A DNA stretch of 64,000 bases, taken from the IMG/VR virus record IMGVR_UViG_3300032240_000688, positions 2,199-66,198 of that record. One strand, written 5' to 3'. Under the pieces are notes generated by a model that saw only the letters and a list, made by a program, of their open reading frames with translations, did not search any database and was not told the DNA's origin. This DNA is from a virus. Its lineage: Duplodnaviria > Caudoviricetes. Made by a program: the position numbers and the translations under genes. Below are positions 1-9,192 of this stretch, in pieces (the first letter of the stretch is position 1; the number at the start of each line of letters is the position of its first letter).

Positions 1-1
1 T

Positions 2-337
2 GTTAATGAATTAAGTGTCAAGGACCTAGTGACTATTCTTAAAGAGCCAAAAAATAGCTTGATTAGACAATATCAGTATCTTTTTGAGTTAGAAGGTGTT
101 GACTTATCATTTGATAGTGATGCACTTGAAATTATAGCAGAACAAGCCAAAGAATTGGAAACCAATGCTCGTGGACTTAAAAATTGCCTAGAAAAAGTAC
201 TTTTAAAGTACCAGTTTGAAGTTACTGATTTAGTAGCCCGTGGTTTGACAGGACTTAGAATAAGTAAAGATACAGTTAAAGGCGGAACTGCCGCACTTAT
301 TTTTGAAGAGAAAAATGGCAAAAAATCACAACAGTAA
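2..337 (+). CDS. clpX: ClpX ATPase, C-terminal fragment (truncated by window edge)
   Basis: ILKEPKNSLIRQYQYLFELEGVDLSF...NARGLKN matches the ClpX C-terminal small domain; frame open to the window start. Confidence 0.85.
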   Translation, partial: VNELSVKDLVTILKEPKNSLIRQYQYLFELEGVDLSFDSDALEIIAEQAKELETNARGLKNCLEKVLLKYQFEVTDLVARGLTGLRISKDTVKGGTAALIFEEKNGKKSQQ

Positions 338-548
338 ACGAGGCTTGGTAGTAGAAGTAGGAGACAATTTTAATGCTTCGCTTAGAAAATTTAAGAAAAA
401 AGTAGACGATAGCGGACTATTGATGACCGTGCTATCCAAACAGTTTTACGAAAAACCCACCACTGAACGTAAGCGCAAAAAAGGTGCCGCAAAGGCCCGT
501 TGGAAAAAGCATTTACGCAATCAACAACTTCCACCAAAACTATACTAA
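315..548 (+). CDS. rpsU: Ribosomal protein bS21
   Basis: SLRKFKKKV...FYEKPTTERKRKKGAAKAR is the bS21 signature. Confidence 0.85.
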   Translation: MAKNHNSKRGLVVEVGDNFNASLRKFKKKVDDSGLLMTVLSKQFYEKPTTERKRKKGAAKARWKKHLRNQQLPPKLY

Positions 549-577
549 TTTACCTTAGATGATGTTATACTATAGGT

Positions 578-1105
578 ATGACAAAACACTTAATGGTAGA
601 CTTAGAAACGATGGCTATCACGCCACGTACAGTTGTGCTGACTCTTGGCGCAGTTACATTCAATCCGTTTAATAACGATATCTATGACGAGTTGTATTTC
701 AAACTCAATTTAGATGATCAGGATGCATTGAACCGCGAGATTGATCCAAACACATTAGATTGGTGGGCTAAACAAAATCCAGAAGTGATGGAAGAAGCGT
801 TTAGTCCAGATGGTCGTATTGGTCTTGCCGACGGTATTGACCAGTTCCATAAGTTTGCTTGGGGGTGTGACAAGATTTGGAGTCACGGTGCTGTGTTTGA
901 TATTATCATCCTTGAGGATATCTATCGACAGCTTAACAGACCTATTCCTTGGGAATTTTGGAGGTGCCGTGATACACGCACCTTGTTTGACCTAGCTGAT
1001 CCAGAGATGGAAAAAAGCGCCGAACAACATAATGCGCTATTCGACGCTATTCGTCAAGCAAAGGGTGTGCAGACTGTTTATCGTAAACTAGGTAAGTCTA
1101 CTTAA
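578..1105 (+). CDS. DEDDh 3'-5' exonuclease (RNase AS/exonuclease VIII-like)
   Basis: MVDLET, HGAVFD, RDTRT and HNALFDA motifs. Confidence 0.8.
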   Translation: MTKHLMVDLETMAITPRTVVLTLGAVTFNPFNNDIYDELYFKLNLDDQDALNREIDPNTLDWWAKQNPEVMEEAFSPDGRIGLADGIDQFHKFAWGCDKIWSHGAVFDIIILEDIYRQLNRPIPWEFWRCRDTRTLFDLADPEMEKSAEQHNALFDAIRQAKGVQTVYRKLGKST

Positions 1106-1523
1106 ACCAACCAATCTTTTCACCAGCGGCCTTTCTACGGTCGCTTTCTTCTTTTGTAGTTGGGTAACGGCTTGCCCAGATTAAGATCAATGCAAAGAAC
1201 ACACTCATACCTGCAACCGCTTTCCAGTTCTGTGTAGCGAACCACAAGATAATCAAACTCATGTCCATGCATATAAACATGATCCATTTTACTTTAGCAG
1301 GGTAAACTCTGCCATCGTTCCAGTTCTTAATAAATGGTCCAAACAGTTTGTGATTCATCATGTAGTTGTGGAATCGTTCGCTACTACGAGCAAAACAGTA
1401 GGTAGCAATTAAGCTAGGTGTTGACCAAGGAATACCTGGCACAATAACTCCGATATATGCTACTCCTAAGAATAGTATACCTGCTGTGAACCACAAATAC
1501 TTTTTAATTTTTGTAAACATCAA
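1098..1523 (-). CDS. YbaN/DUF454 inner-membrane protein
   Basis: IGVIVPGIPWSTP..A.YCFARSSERFH...HKLFGPFI.NW pattern. Confidence 0.8.
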   Translation of the reverse strand: MMFTKIKKYLWFTAGILFLGVAYIGVIVPGIPWSTPSLIATYCFARSSERFHNYMMNHKLFGPFIKNWNDGRVYPAKVKWIMFICMDMSLIILWFATQNWKAVAGMSVFFALILIWASRYPTTKEESDRRKAAGEKIGWFK

Positions 1524-2718
1524 ATGCCTCTTTAAGTGAACGAGCTAGATAGTCAATATCTGCCTCGGTATGATTGGGCGTTGGTGTAAAGCGCAATCTT
1601 TCAGTACCCCACGGAACGGTTGGGTAGTTGATGGGTTGTACGTACAATGCTTTTTCTTCTAACAGCCAATCTGAGATTGCTTTAGTTTTCTTAGCATCAC
1701 GTACCATAACAGGAACAATATGTCCGTTCTCTGATAATGGGTTAATTTCTAATCCTGTAGCACGTAAATGTTCTCTTGTACTGTGTGCTACTTCAAATAT
1801 CTTAGCACGAAGTTCTGGATGGTCTTGCACGTACTTGACACTGGCCAACGCACCAGCACACAGCACAGGACTCATACTTGTTGAAAAGATAAAGCCGTCT
1901 GCATAACTTCGTACCATGTCAACTAGGTCACGGCTTCCGGCAATGTATCCGCCTTGAACACCAAATGCTTTGGCCAGCGTACCTTGTATGATATCTACCC
2001 CATCAACGCAGAACTGTTCTTCAGCAACACCTGCGCCTCGAGCTCCGTACAAGCCAACAGCATGTACTTCGTCTACATAAACCATAGCACCATGCAAGCG
2101 AGCAATTTCGCAAACATCGCTGACTAAGCCTTTATCACCGTCCATGGAGTAGACTCCCTCTAGAGCAATAATAGGTTGTGTATCAATTGGTAAGTCTTTT
2201 AGGATTTCACGTAAGTGATCTAGATCATTATGCTTCCAAACTGTGCGATTTACTTTGGTACTCTTAATACCTACAATCATACTATTGTGATTGTGCTTGT
2301 CGCTTATGTAATGTACATTTGGAATCATACGTCCCAGGACACTGAGTGTAGCTTGATTGGCTACATAGCCGCTGGTAAAAGTTAGCGCACTGGTCTTATC
2401 GTGTAGTTTGGCAAGTTCGTGTTCTAGAGCAACGTGATAGTGAGTTGTTCCGCTAATGTTGCGGGTGCCGCCGGCACCTGCACCTGCGGTATCTAATGCG
2501 GTGTGCATAGCATCGACTACTACTTTATGCTGACCCATGCCTAGATAGTCGTTTGAACACCAGTTGGTAATATGTTTGATGTTGTATTTTCCGTACCAAA
2601 TGGCTTTTGGAAAGTCACCCCGCTGTCGCAGGATGTCTGTGAATACTCTGTAATTGCCTTCAGTTTTGAGTTTCTCTAGACTTTTGGCAATCGCATCTTG
2701 TGTTTTTGGCTTAATCAT
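1504..2718 (-). CDS. hemA: 5-aminolevulinate synthase (Shemin pathway, PLP-dependent)
   Basis: WCSNDYLGMG, GAGAGGTRNISGT, DEVHAVGLYG, GTLAKAFG (PLP Lys), YVQPINYPTVP. Confidence 0.95.
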   Translation of the reverse strand: MIKPKTQDAIAKSLEKLKTEGNYRVFTDILRQRGDFPKAIWYGKYNIKHITNWCSNDYLGMGQHKVVVDAMHTALDTAGAGAGGTRNISGTTHYHVALEHELAKLHDKTSALTFTSGYVANQATLSVLGRMIPNVHYISDKHNHNSMIVGIKSTKVNRTVWKHNDLDHLREILKDLPIDTQPIIALEGVYSMDGDKGLVSDVCEIARLHGAMVYVDEVHAVGLYGARGAGVAEEQFCVDGVDIIQGTLAKAFGVQGGYIAGSRDLVDMVRSYADGFIFSTSMSPVLCAGALASVKYVQDHPELRAKIFEVAHSTREHLRATGLEINPLSENGHIVPVMVRDAKKTKAISDWLLEEKALYVQPINYPTVPWGTERLRFTPTPNHTEADIDYLARSLKEAFDVYKN

Positions 2719-2742
2719 AGCATTATTTATGTGGTAATTTAA

Positions 2743-2771
2743 TTGACAGGTTTACCATTTGAGTGTATAAT
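2743..2771 (+). promoter_or_regulatory. sigma70-type promoter
   Basis: TTGACA-17 nt-TATAAT. Confidence 0.85.
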
Positions 2772-2801
2772 AGTTGTTATACCATTCAGAAAGACACTAT
2801 T

Positions 2802-3227
2802 ATGAAAATCGGATTAAGTTACAGCCGTTGCATTAGAGACATTGTCGACGGTACTATAGATATTAATGAAGTACTCGTTCTCATCACTCGCACAGATTTT
2901 GATCCGCACAATGACGAGCAGTGGTCAGGTATTTGGGAAGGGTACGGCGGCGGCCAGAATTTTGGAGGACTGTGGAGTAATCCAGAATGGGCAGGATATA
3001 ATGATGAGGCTAAGTTCCGTGCAATAAGTATCGAACTGTATGATACAGGTAAGATGCACCAACCGCGCCAGTTCGGAGCTCATCCCCGCAGGATGCCGTA
3101 CATTTGGTTGGAAGCAGTATTGCCTAACACAGAGTTAGACTCTAACCCAACCTTAAAAAGAGCTTGGGAAGGATTTCAAACTATCGCGGGGTTGAGTGGA
3201 GTAACATTAGATAAGGAAGCACAATGA
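2802..3227 (+). CDS. Hypothetical phage protein
   Basis: ORF downstream of consensus promoter; start moved to MKIGLS. Confidence 0.7.
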   Translation: MKIGLSYSRCIRDIVDGTIDINEVLVLITRTDFDPHNDEQWSGIWEGYGGGQNFGGLWSNPEWAGYNDEAKFRAISIELYDTGKMHQPRQFGAHPRRMPYIWLEAVLPNTELDSNPTLKRAWEGFQTIAGLSGVTLDKEAQ

Positions 3228-4051
3228 AAATTAATTTAGTCAGCGACATGCATCTTAACTTTGCAGACATTGAAATGCCCGGTGGTGATGTGTTGATTAT
3301 GGCTGGCGACATTATTGAAGCTGGTGGTCTGCGCCGTGCTGACAATGCAAAGAAAGATACTTTCTTGGCTGATCGCTATCGCCGTTTCTTCAAGGAAGAA
3401 ATGCCCAAGTACCGCAAGGTGATTTACATTATGGGTAATCACGAGCATTATAACAACAGCTACGACGACACCGCAGATCGTATTCGCAGAGAACTGCCAG
3501 ACAATGTTCACTTCCTTGAACAAGAGGGTGTGCAGATCGATGATGTGTGGTTCTTTGGTGGTACCTTCTGGACTGACATGAACAAGGGTAATCCAACCAG
3601 CATGCAGATCATTAAAGAAAGCATGAACGACTTTAAGATCATCAAGTTTGGGCATGGTGTTAAGATTGAAAATTACGGCAACAGCTATTGGACTAATCAC
3701 TTCACCCCTGCCTATGCGGCCAGTGTTTTTAAGGATACTGTAGACAAGCTCAAGGTATTCTTAGACGAACACAAAGACGACAAGGTAGTTGTGGTCAGTC
3801 ATCATGCGCCCAGTGCTATGAGTATTGATCCTATGTTCAAAGATGACCATCACATGAACGGTGCATACTACAGTGACCTAAGCGAATTGATTTTAGATAA
3901 CCCTCAAATCAAAACTTGGGTGCATGGACACATGCACAATCAAAGTGACTACATGATTGGCGAGACTCGTGTGCTAACTAACCCTCGTGGTTACCTAGGA
4001 TACGAAACTATTGCCAACACATTTGACCCTGGATTCAGTTTTGAAGTATGA
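3224..4051 (+). CDS. Calcineurin-like metallophosphoesterase
   Basis: SDMH, AGDI, GNHE, SHHAP, HGHMH motifs. Confidence 0.85.
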   Translation: MKINLVSDMHLNFADIEMPGGDVLIMAGDIIEAGGLRRADNAKKDTFLADRYRRFFKEEMPKYRKVIYIMGNHEHYNNSYDDTADRIRRELPDNVHFLEQEGVQIDDVWFFGGTFWTDMNKGNPTSMQIIKESMNDFKIIKFGHGVKIENYGNSYWTNHFTPAYAASVFKDTVDKLKVFLDEHKDDKVVVVSHHAPSAMSIDPMFKDDHHMNGAYYSDLSELILDNPQIKTWVHGHMHNQSDYMIGETRVLTNPRGYLGYETIANTFDPGFSFEV

Positions 4052-4257
4052 TAGTAAGGTCCTACGATTCGAAGACTGTTCGACTCTCTTGGGAGTCTAA
4101 AGACGACAATCGCACATGGGACAAGGCTTGTATCTACGCAGTTGAAAACTTTGGACTTCCGGGAGATCGTTTTGAGTGCCACTCAAACGAAGAATGGATG
4201 GACTTTGAATTTAAGGACGACAAGGATGCACTCATGTTTTTAATGGGTGTTTCTTGA
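4048..4257 (+). CDS. Small hypothetical protein (F-x-F-x-D...LF-x-L-R-W family)
   Basis: C-terminal FEFKDDKDALMFLM; overlapping stop/start. Confidence 0.65.
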   Translation: MIVRSYDSKTVRLSWESKDDNRTWDKACIYAVENFGLPGDRFECHSNEEWMDFEFKDDKDALMFLMGVS

Positions 4258-4451
4258 ACTCTATAACCTTTGGCAAAGACCAATATCATCTTAATGGTGC
4301 CATGGAAGCCTGGTGCCGAGAAAACATCGGCGACGGTGGCTGGGGTGGCATGGACGGAGAGTTCTGGTATATCAAAAGCATGTTTGGCAATACCACATTT
4401 ACATTTAGAGATCCAAAACACCTAACCTTATTTGTGCTGAGGTGGTCATGA
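4254..4451 (+). CDS. Small hypothetical protein (same family)
   Basis: WC...G...W...FTFRDPKHLTLFVLRWS. Confidence 0.65.
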   Translation: MNSITFGKDQYHLNGAMEAWCRENIGDGGWGGMDGEFWYIKSMFGNTTFTFRDPKHLTLFVLRWS

Positions 4452-4735
4452 CAGGTTGGCAAAGCAAAAAGGCTATGAAAAGTCTTGAACAGGAAATAGC
4501 TAACAAGATGGGCAATGACATGTCCCGTGAGATCGATCGCAAAGTGCTCTGGGGTATGCTTAAAGGCATAGGATGGACTCGTGTCATGCTGGATCGACTA
4601 CAGGATAACAAACACGCTATTGATATTACCATTTGGCTAGAGGAAAATATTAAAAATCCTTTTGAGCGCAATGGCAGAGATTTTATCTTTGAAGATCCAA
4701 AAGATGCTACCATGTTTATATTGCGATGGGTATGA
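4448..4735 (+). CDS. Small hypothetical protein (same family)
   Basis: FIFEDPKDATMFILRWV. Confidence 0.65.
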   Translation: MTGWQSKKAMKSLEQEIANKMGNDMSREIDRKVLWGMLKGIGWTRVMLDRLQDNKHAIDITIWLEENIKNPFERNGRDFIFEDPKDATMFILRWV

Positions 4736-4914
4736 TAAAAGTCGACGAAGATTACTTTGCCGTTGAATTGAATTGGCGCCCTTCCAAAGAAATACTAAAT
4801 TGGTGTCGCAGTACTTTTGGTGACGGAGAAGATGGTAGATGGCATTATCTGCATCCTAATATATGTTTTACCAGTGAGTCAGATCGACTGCTGTTTATAC
4901 TGAGATGGTCATAA
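4732..4914 (+). CDS. Small hypothetical protein (same family)
   Basis: WCRSTFG...RW...CFTSESDRLLFILRWS. Confidence 0.65.
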   Translation: MIKVDEDYFAVELNWRPSKEILNWCRSTFGDGEDGRWHYLHPNICFTSESDRLLFILRWS

Positions 4915-4964
4915 GTAAAAAACAGACACACAGAGAGAATTAAGTCTTAAACAAAGGAGAAAAA

Positions 4965-6011
4965 ATGGACTTTATAACAAACGTCTTACTAAAAGACATT
5001 TCGTATCTATGGATGATCTTCTTCATTATGATCACCGCTGGATTAGCAAAAGAGTACGCTCTATTCGCCCCAGCGTTTGCCTATGTAAGAAATACATTCC
5101 GTAGTAATAAATTCGTAGTTGTACTTCTAAGTGCAATTGGTGGAATTCTGCCAATTGAAGGCCGAGTAACAGTTTCAGCAGGTCTGCTGGATACTGTAGC
5201 ACCTAAAGACGGTCCAGGCCGTGAGAAATTAGGTATTGTTGATTATCTAAGTACGCACCATTATTATATGTGGTCGCCATTAGAAAAAACAGTAATCCTA
5301 CCTATCGCGGCATTTGGCTTGTCATACGGAGCATTCATCGGTCTAGTTGCACCCTTGTTAATTGTTAGCTTGCTGTTCATCAGCATCTACATCTGGACGC
5401 AAGTTAAAGATGAAGATCTAACAATCACACCAGGAAACTTCAAATTGAGTGCAGTCATGCGCAATGTGTTACCAATGTTTGTTGCCCTAGGCACCTACAT
5501 CGGTCTCGGCGGCGAAGGACATGTATTTCCAATTTTTGGTTTGCTAACTCTATACTATGTGATCATCACACAGCAGTGGAGCCCTAAGAAATTATTGGGT
5601 TACATTCGTTGGGATGTTCTAGCATGGGTTGGTGCAGTTATTATCTTAGGCAACTATTTCAAATCCTACAATAGTGAGTTCCTAACTATGATCAAAGGTG
5701 TTGGACTAGATCCTCACACGTTTGTTGGTATGTTAGCAATTTCAGTTATTGGATTTGTGGTTAGTTTCTTAATGGGCAGTTCAGGCAAGTTTATTGCCGT
5801 GGCAGTATTAATGGCGCAGGTCTTTGGAGTTGAATACTTCATATGGTTCTTTGCTATTGACTTTGCTGGCTATCTATTAAGTCCAACGCATAAGTGTGTT
5901 ATGATTGGTAATCGCTATTTTGGTACACCAGTCGCCACTTATTACAAGGCGCTAGGAACCTGGGCCTTGCTATTGTTAGCAGTTTCTGCTACAATAACAT
6001 TTTTAATATAA
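4965..6011 (+). CDS. Polytopic membrane protein, putative permease (DUF401/IT-superfamily-like)
   Basis: About 10 hydrophobic segments, internally repeated SP motifs (WSPLEK, LSPTHKC); strong AAGGAG RBS. Confidence 0.55.
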   Translation: MDFITNVLLKDISYLWMIFFIMITAGLAKEYALFAPAFAYVRNTFRSNKFVVVLLSAIGGILPIEGRVTVSAGLLDTVAPKDGPGREKLGIVDYLSTHHYYMWSPLEKTVILPIAAFGLSYGAFIGLVAPLLIVSLLFISIYIWTQVKDEDLTITPGNFKLSAVMRNVLPMFVALGTYIGLGGEGHVFPIFGLLTLYYVIITQQWSPKKLLGYIRWDVLAWVGAVIILGNYFKSYNSEFLTMIKGVGLDPHTFVGMLAISVIGFVVSFLMGSSGKFIAVAVLMAQVFGVEYFIWFFAIDFAGYLLSPTHKCVMIGNRYFGTPVATYYKALGTWALLLLAVSATITFLI

Positions 6012-6022
6012 GGAAATAAAAA

Positions 6023-6613
6023 ATGAAGAAAATCTTCGCAATCTTGGCTTTGGCCACAACCGCATCAGCGTTTGCACAAAGTGGTGTGCAGTTTGAATTT
6101 GAAAGAGAGCGTGGTACTACAGGTAGTAACACAATGTCAAACACAGTCAAAGTAGCACCATATGTCAAACTCGACAACGGTATTAAACTTGACCTTCAAT
6201 TCGGCGGTAGCCGTGATGACGGAACAGTTAGCGGTAACAACAACGCTCTTGAGAACACAGTAGAAGCTCGTGCTCAAAAGATGTTTGAAGTTGCTCCTGG
6301 TCTAAAGTTAGGCGCACGAGTTGGCCTTGGACAAGTGTTTAATGGTACTAACTCAGCTGGTAAAACAGTTGATTTTGGCTACTACACATTTACACCGAAG
6401 GCTGAATATGCAATCAATGACAAGTTGAGTGCATTGGCTTCGTTCCGTTTCCGTAACGGTTTCAGCGACAGCGACAACTATTTGACACGCACTTATAAAG
6501 CTGGTCTAGGTTATAACTTAACCAAGAAAGACACAGTTGAAGTTCAGTACTTTGAAAAGCGCGGTGATTCAAACGTCAACGGCGTTGAATTAGCTTACTC
6601 ACGTAGTTTCTAA
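6023..6613 (+). CDS. Outer-membrane beta-barrel/porin-like protein
   Basis: Signal peptide (ASAFA), alternating amphipathic strands, C-terminal YSRSF. Confidence 0.75.
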   Translation: MKKIFAILALATTASAFAQSGVQFEFERERGTTGSNTMSNTVKVAPYVKLDNGIKLDLQFGGSRDDGTVSGNNNALENTVEARAQKMFEVAPGLKLGARVGLGQVFNGTNSAGKTVDFGYYTFTPKAEYAINDKLSALASFRFRNGFSDSDNYLTRTYKAGLGYNLTKKDTVEVQYFEKRGDSNVNGVELAYSRSF

Positions 6614-6620
6614 TCAAACT

Positions 6621-7241
6621 ATGGAAATGTTGGAACTTTTTCCGACAGTAGTTGGTACTACACAACGGAATGATCTTAACGACCATTCCGTTGTTTTTTC
6701 TGCGCTACAAAATGAGTGGGCAGGAGATCCAATTGAGAATCTTCTTTGCCAGACTCATAACAGTATCCACAAAATAAAAGAGCTAAATCCAATTACTGAA
6801 TTCGTAACACAATCAGTTGTAGAATATCTTCAACAACATCAATTTACTTTTGACCCAGCAGATTTATACGTTGCCAGTTGCTGGGCCAATGCAGGCAACA
6901 CAACAAGTAAAACACACGAAACACACTATCATTTTAACAGTTTTGTCAGTGCTGTATATTATCTATCTGCTCCAGAAGGATCGGGAGCATTATATTTCCC
7001 TCACCCTAATGTACCTTTATATTTGTTACAACCTAATGTAGCAAAATCAAATAATCTCAACAGCATAGGTTTTCAAATTAGACCACAAGCAGGCAAATGC
7101 ATAATTTTTAGAAGTAGCACCGCTCACGGAGTACGTCAAAATAACCTTAAGCCTGATACTACAAGAATAAGTATTGGGTACACGTTTAACATTAAACGTA
7201 TTGGCGAAAACAGTCATTCAAGCAATTACGAGGAATTATGA
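6621..7241 (+). CDS. 2OG-Fe(II) oxygenase-like protein (TIGR02466-like)
   Basis: LFPT start, CWAN, HxH-NSFVSAVYY, HGV, RISIGYTF. Confidence 0.8.
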   Translation: MEMLELFPTVVGTTQRNDLNDHSVVFSALQNEWAGDPIENLLCQTHNSIHKIKELNPITEFVTQSVVEYLQQHQFTFDPADLYVASCWANAGNTTSKTHETHYHFNSFVSAVYYLSAPEGSGALYFPHPNVPLYLLQPNVAKSNNLNSIGFQIRPQAGKCIIFRSSTAHGVRQNNLKPDTTRISIGYTFNIKRIGENSHSSNYEEL

Positions 7242-8278
7242 AAAAAGTTTTAATCTTAGGTGTTAACGGTTTTATCGGTCATCATTTGACCAAACGAATT
7301 TTAGAAACCACAGACTGGGAAGTCTATGGTATGGATATGTCTAGTGACAAACTAGGCGATATGGTTAATAACAAGCGTGTTCATTTCGTCGAGGGCGACA
7401 TTACTATCAATAAAGAATGGGTAGCCTATCACGTTAAAAAGTGCGATACCATTCTACCGTTAGTCGCGGTCGCAACTCCCGCGACCTATGTACAAAATCC
7501 GCTTCGCGTGTTTGAACTAGACTTTGAAGCAAACTTGCCAATCATTAAAGATGCTGTCAAATATAAGAAGCACTTGATTTGGCCAAGTACAAGTGAAGTG
7601 TATGGCATGAGCAAAGACACACCATTTGATCCATATGAGTCAGAATTAACTTACGGTCCTATCAACAAGCAACGTTGGATCTATGCCTGTGCTAAACAGA
7701 TGATGGATCGTGTGATTGCCGCTTACGGACAAGAGCAAGGATTTAACTATACTCTATTCCGTCCATTCAATTGGGTCGGCCCTGGTTTAGATAAAATCAG
7801 CACACAGAAGGAAGGTAGCCCACGTGTTATTACTCAGTTCTTGAGTAACATTGTGTTTGGCAATGACCTACAGTTAGTAGATGGTGGAGAGCAGAGACGT
7901 TGCTTTACCTACATTGACGATGGTATCTCAGCTCTAATGAAAATCATCGAAAACAAGGACGGTATTGCTACGGGCAAGATCTACAATATTGGCAATCCAG
8001 TAGAAGATCACTCAATTTCTGCTCTAGCAGGAATGATGTTAGATTTGGCTAGAAAATATCCTGCATACTCAAATGCACACAAGGTTAATATTGTTGGCAC
8101 ACTGAGCAGTGACTTCTACGGCAAGGGCTATCAAGATGTGCAAAGTCGTGTTCCTAAGATCACTAACACACAAGAAGAACTGGGTTGGACTCCTACAGTG
8201 ACCCTAGTAGATGCTCTAGATAAGATTTTTGAATTTTATCAAGATCACGCCCGTGAGCTATCAGATTTGACAGAGTAA
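7238..8278 (+). CDS. UDP-glucuronate oxidase/decarboxylase (ArnA C-terminal domain-like)
   Basis: GVNGFIGHHL, PSTSEVYG, RWIYACAKQ, FRPFNWVGP, YGKGYQDV. Confidence 0.9.
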   Translation: MKKVLILGVNGFIGHHLTKRILETTDWEVYGMDMSSDKLGDMVNNKRVHFVEGDITINKEWVAYHVKKCDTILPLVAVATPATYVQNPLRVFELDFEANLPIIKDAVKYKKHLIWPSTSEVYGMSKDTPFDPYESELTYGPINKQRWIYACAKQMMDRVIAAYGQEQGFNYTLFRPFNWVGPGLDKISTQKEGSPRVITQFLSNIVFGNDLQLVDGGEQRRCFTYIDDGISALMKIIENKDGIATGKIYNIGNPVEDHSISALAGMMLDLARKYPAYSNAHKVNIVGTLSSDFYGKGYQDVQSRVPKITNTQEELGWTPTVTLVDALDKIFEFYQDHARELSDLTE

Positions 8279-8302
8279 GTGGATTCGTGTATAATAAATA
8301 AA

Positions 8303-8379
8303 GTAGTAGGAAATGCCGATTGGGTTTCTTACTCCGGGCACAATGCCCATTTATGTCTTGCTTATTAAAGGAGAAAAAC
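8303..8379 (+). promoter_or_regulatory. ROSE-like RNA thermometer 5' UTR of hsp20
   Basis: TCTTGCTT-ATTA-AAGGAGA hairpin sequesters SD with bulged G; upstream hairpin with TGCCGATTGGG loop; same design upstream of dnaK. Confidence 0.6.
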
Positions 8380-8844
8380 ATGACACAATATCGTATCGAT
8401 TCGGCTAACTTAGGCCGCGCACTAATTGGTTTTGACGAGCTTTTTAATTCATTTGAAAATCGTCTTGCAGGCCAAATTCACAACAACTATCCCCCATTTA
8501 ATGTTATTCAGCTCGATGAAAGCAACTACGAGATCGAAATCGCAGTAGCTGGATTTAAGAAGTCTGAAATCGACATTGAGCTGAATCAGCAACAGTTGAT
8601 CGTTAGCGGGGAACATGAGGATGACGACAAGGAAAACCGAGTTTATCATCACCGTGGGTTGGCCGCACGTAACTTTGAACGTAGCTGGACTCTTGAACAG
8701 TATGTTGAAGTACGTGGTGCAGAAATCAAAGATGGTATTTTAACAATCAAACTTGAGCGTGTGCTTCCAGAAGCAATGAAACCACGCAAGATCGCGATTG
8801 CTGACACTATCGAAACGACACAACCTAAAATCAAGGTTGCCTAA
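8380..8844 (+). CDS. Small heat-shock protein (IbpA/Hsp20)
   Basis: IGFDELF, NYPPFNV, IAVAGF, HRGLAARNFER, GILTIKL..PEAMKPRKI. Confidence 0.92.
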   Translation: MTQYRIDSANLGRALIGFDELFNSFENRLAGQIHNNYPPFNVIQLDESNYEIEIAVAGFKKSEIDIELNQQQLIVSGEHEDDDKENRVYHHRGLAARNFERSWTLEQYVEVRGAEIKDGILTIKLERVLPEAMKPRKIAIADTIETTQPKIKVA

Positions 8845-8849
8845 AAACC

Positions 8850-8871
8850 GGGAGGGGAAACCCTCCCACTT
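8850..8871 (+). terminator. Putative terminator/stabilising hairpin
   Basis: GGGAGGG-GAAA-CCCTCCC followed by a short T run. Confidence 0.5.
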
Positions 8872-8889
8872 TATATAAACGGATACACA

Positions 8890-9192
8890 ATGGCTGAGAC
8901 CCTAACAAAAACTCGATCAACTACAGAGATTGAAATAGTAAAACCTAGCAAATACAAAGTCATTGTGTTCAACGATGACAAGACTCCGGTTGATTTTGTT
9001 ATTGCTATGTTAATAAAAATCTTCTATCACAGTCCGACCAGTGCAGAAAATATTACCTTAAAGATCCACAATGAAGGATCTGGTGTTGCTGGAATTTACA
9101 GTTATGAAATTGCAGAACAAAAAGTTGTAGAAGCTACTGCCCTAGCACGTGAGCATGGCTTTCCATTAATACTCAAAGCGGAGGCAGAATGA
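8890..9192 (+). CDS. clpS: ClpS N-degron adaptor
   Basis: YKVIVFNDDKTPVDFVI...IHNEGSGVAGIYSYEIAE...FPL. Confidence 0.92.
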   Translation: MAETLTKTRSTTEIEIVKPSKYKVIVFNDDKTPVDFVIAMLIKIFYHSPTSAENITLKIHNEGSGVAGIYSYEIAEQKVVEATALAREHGFPLILKAEAE

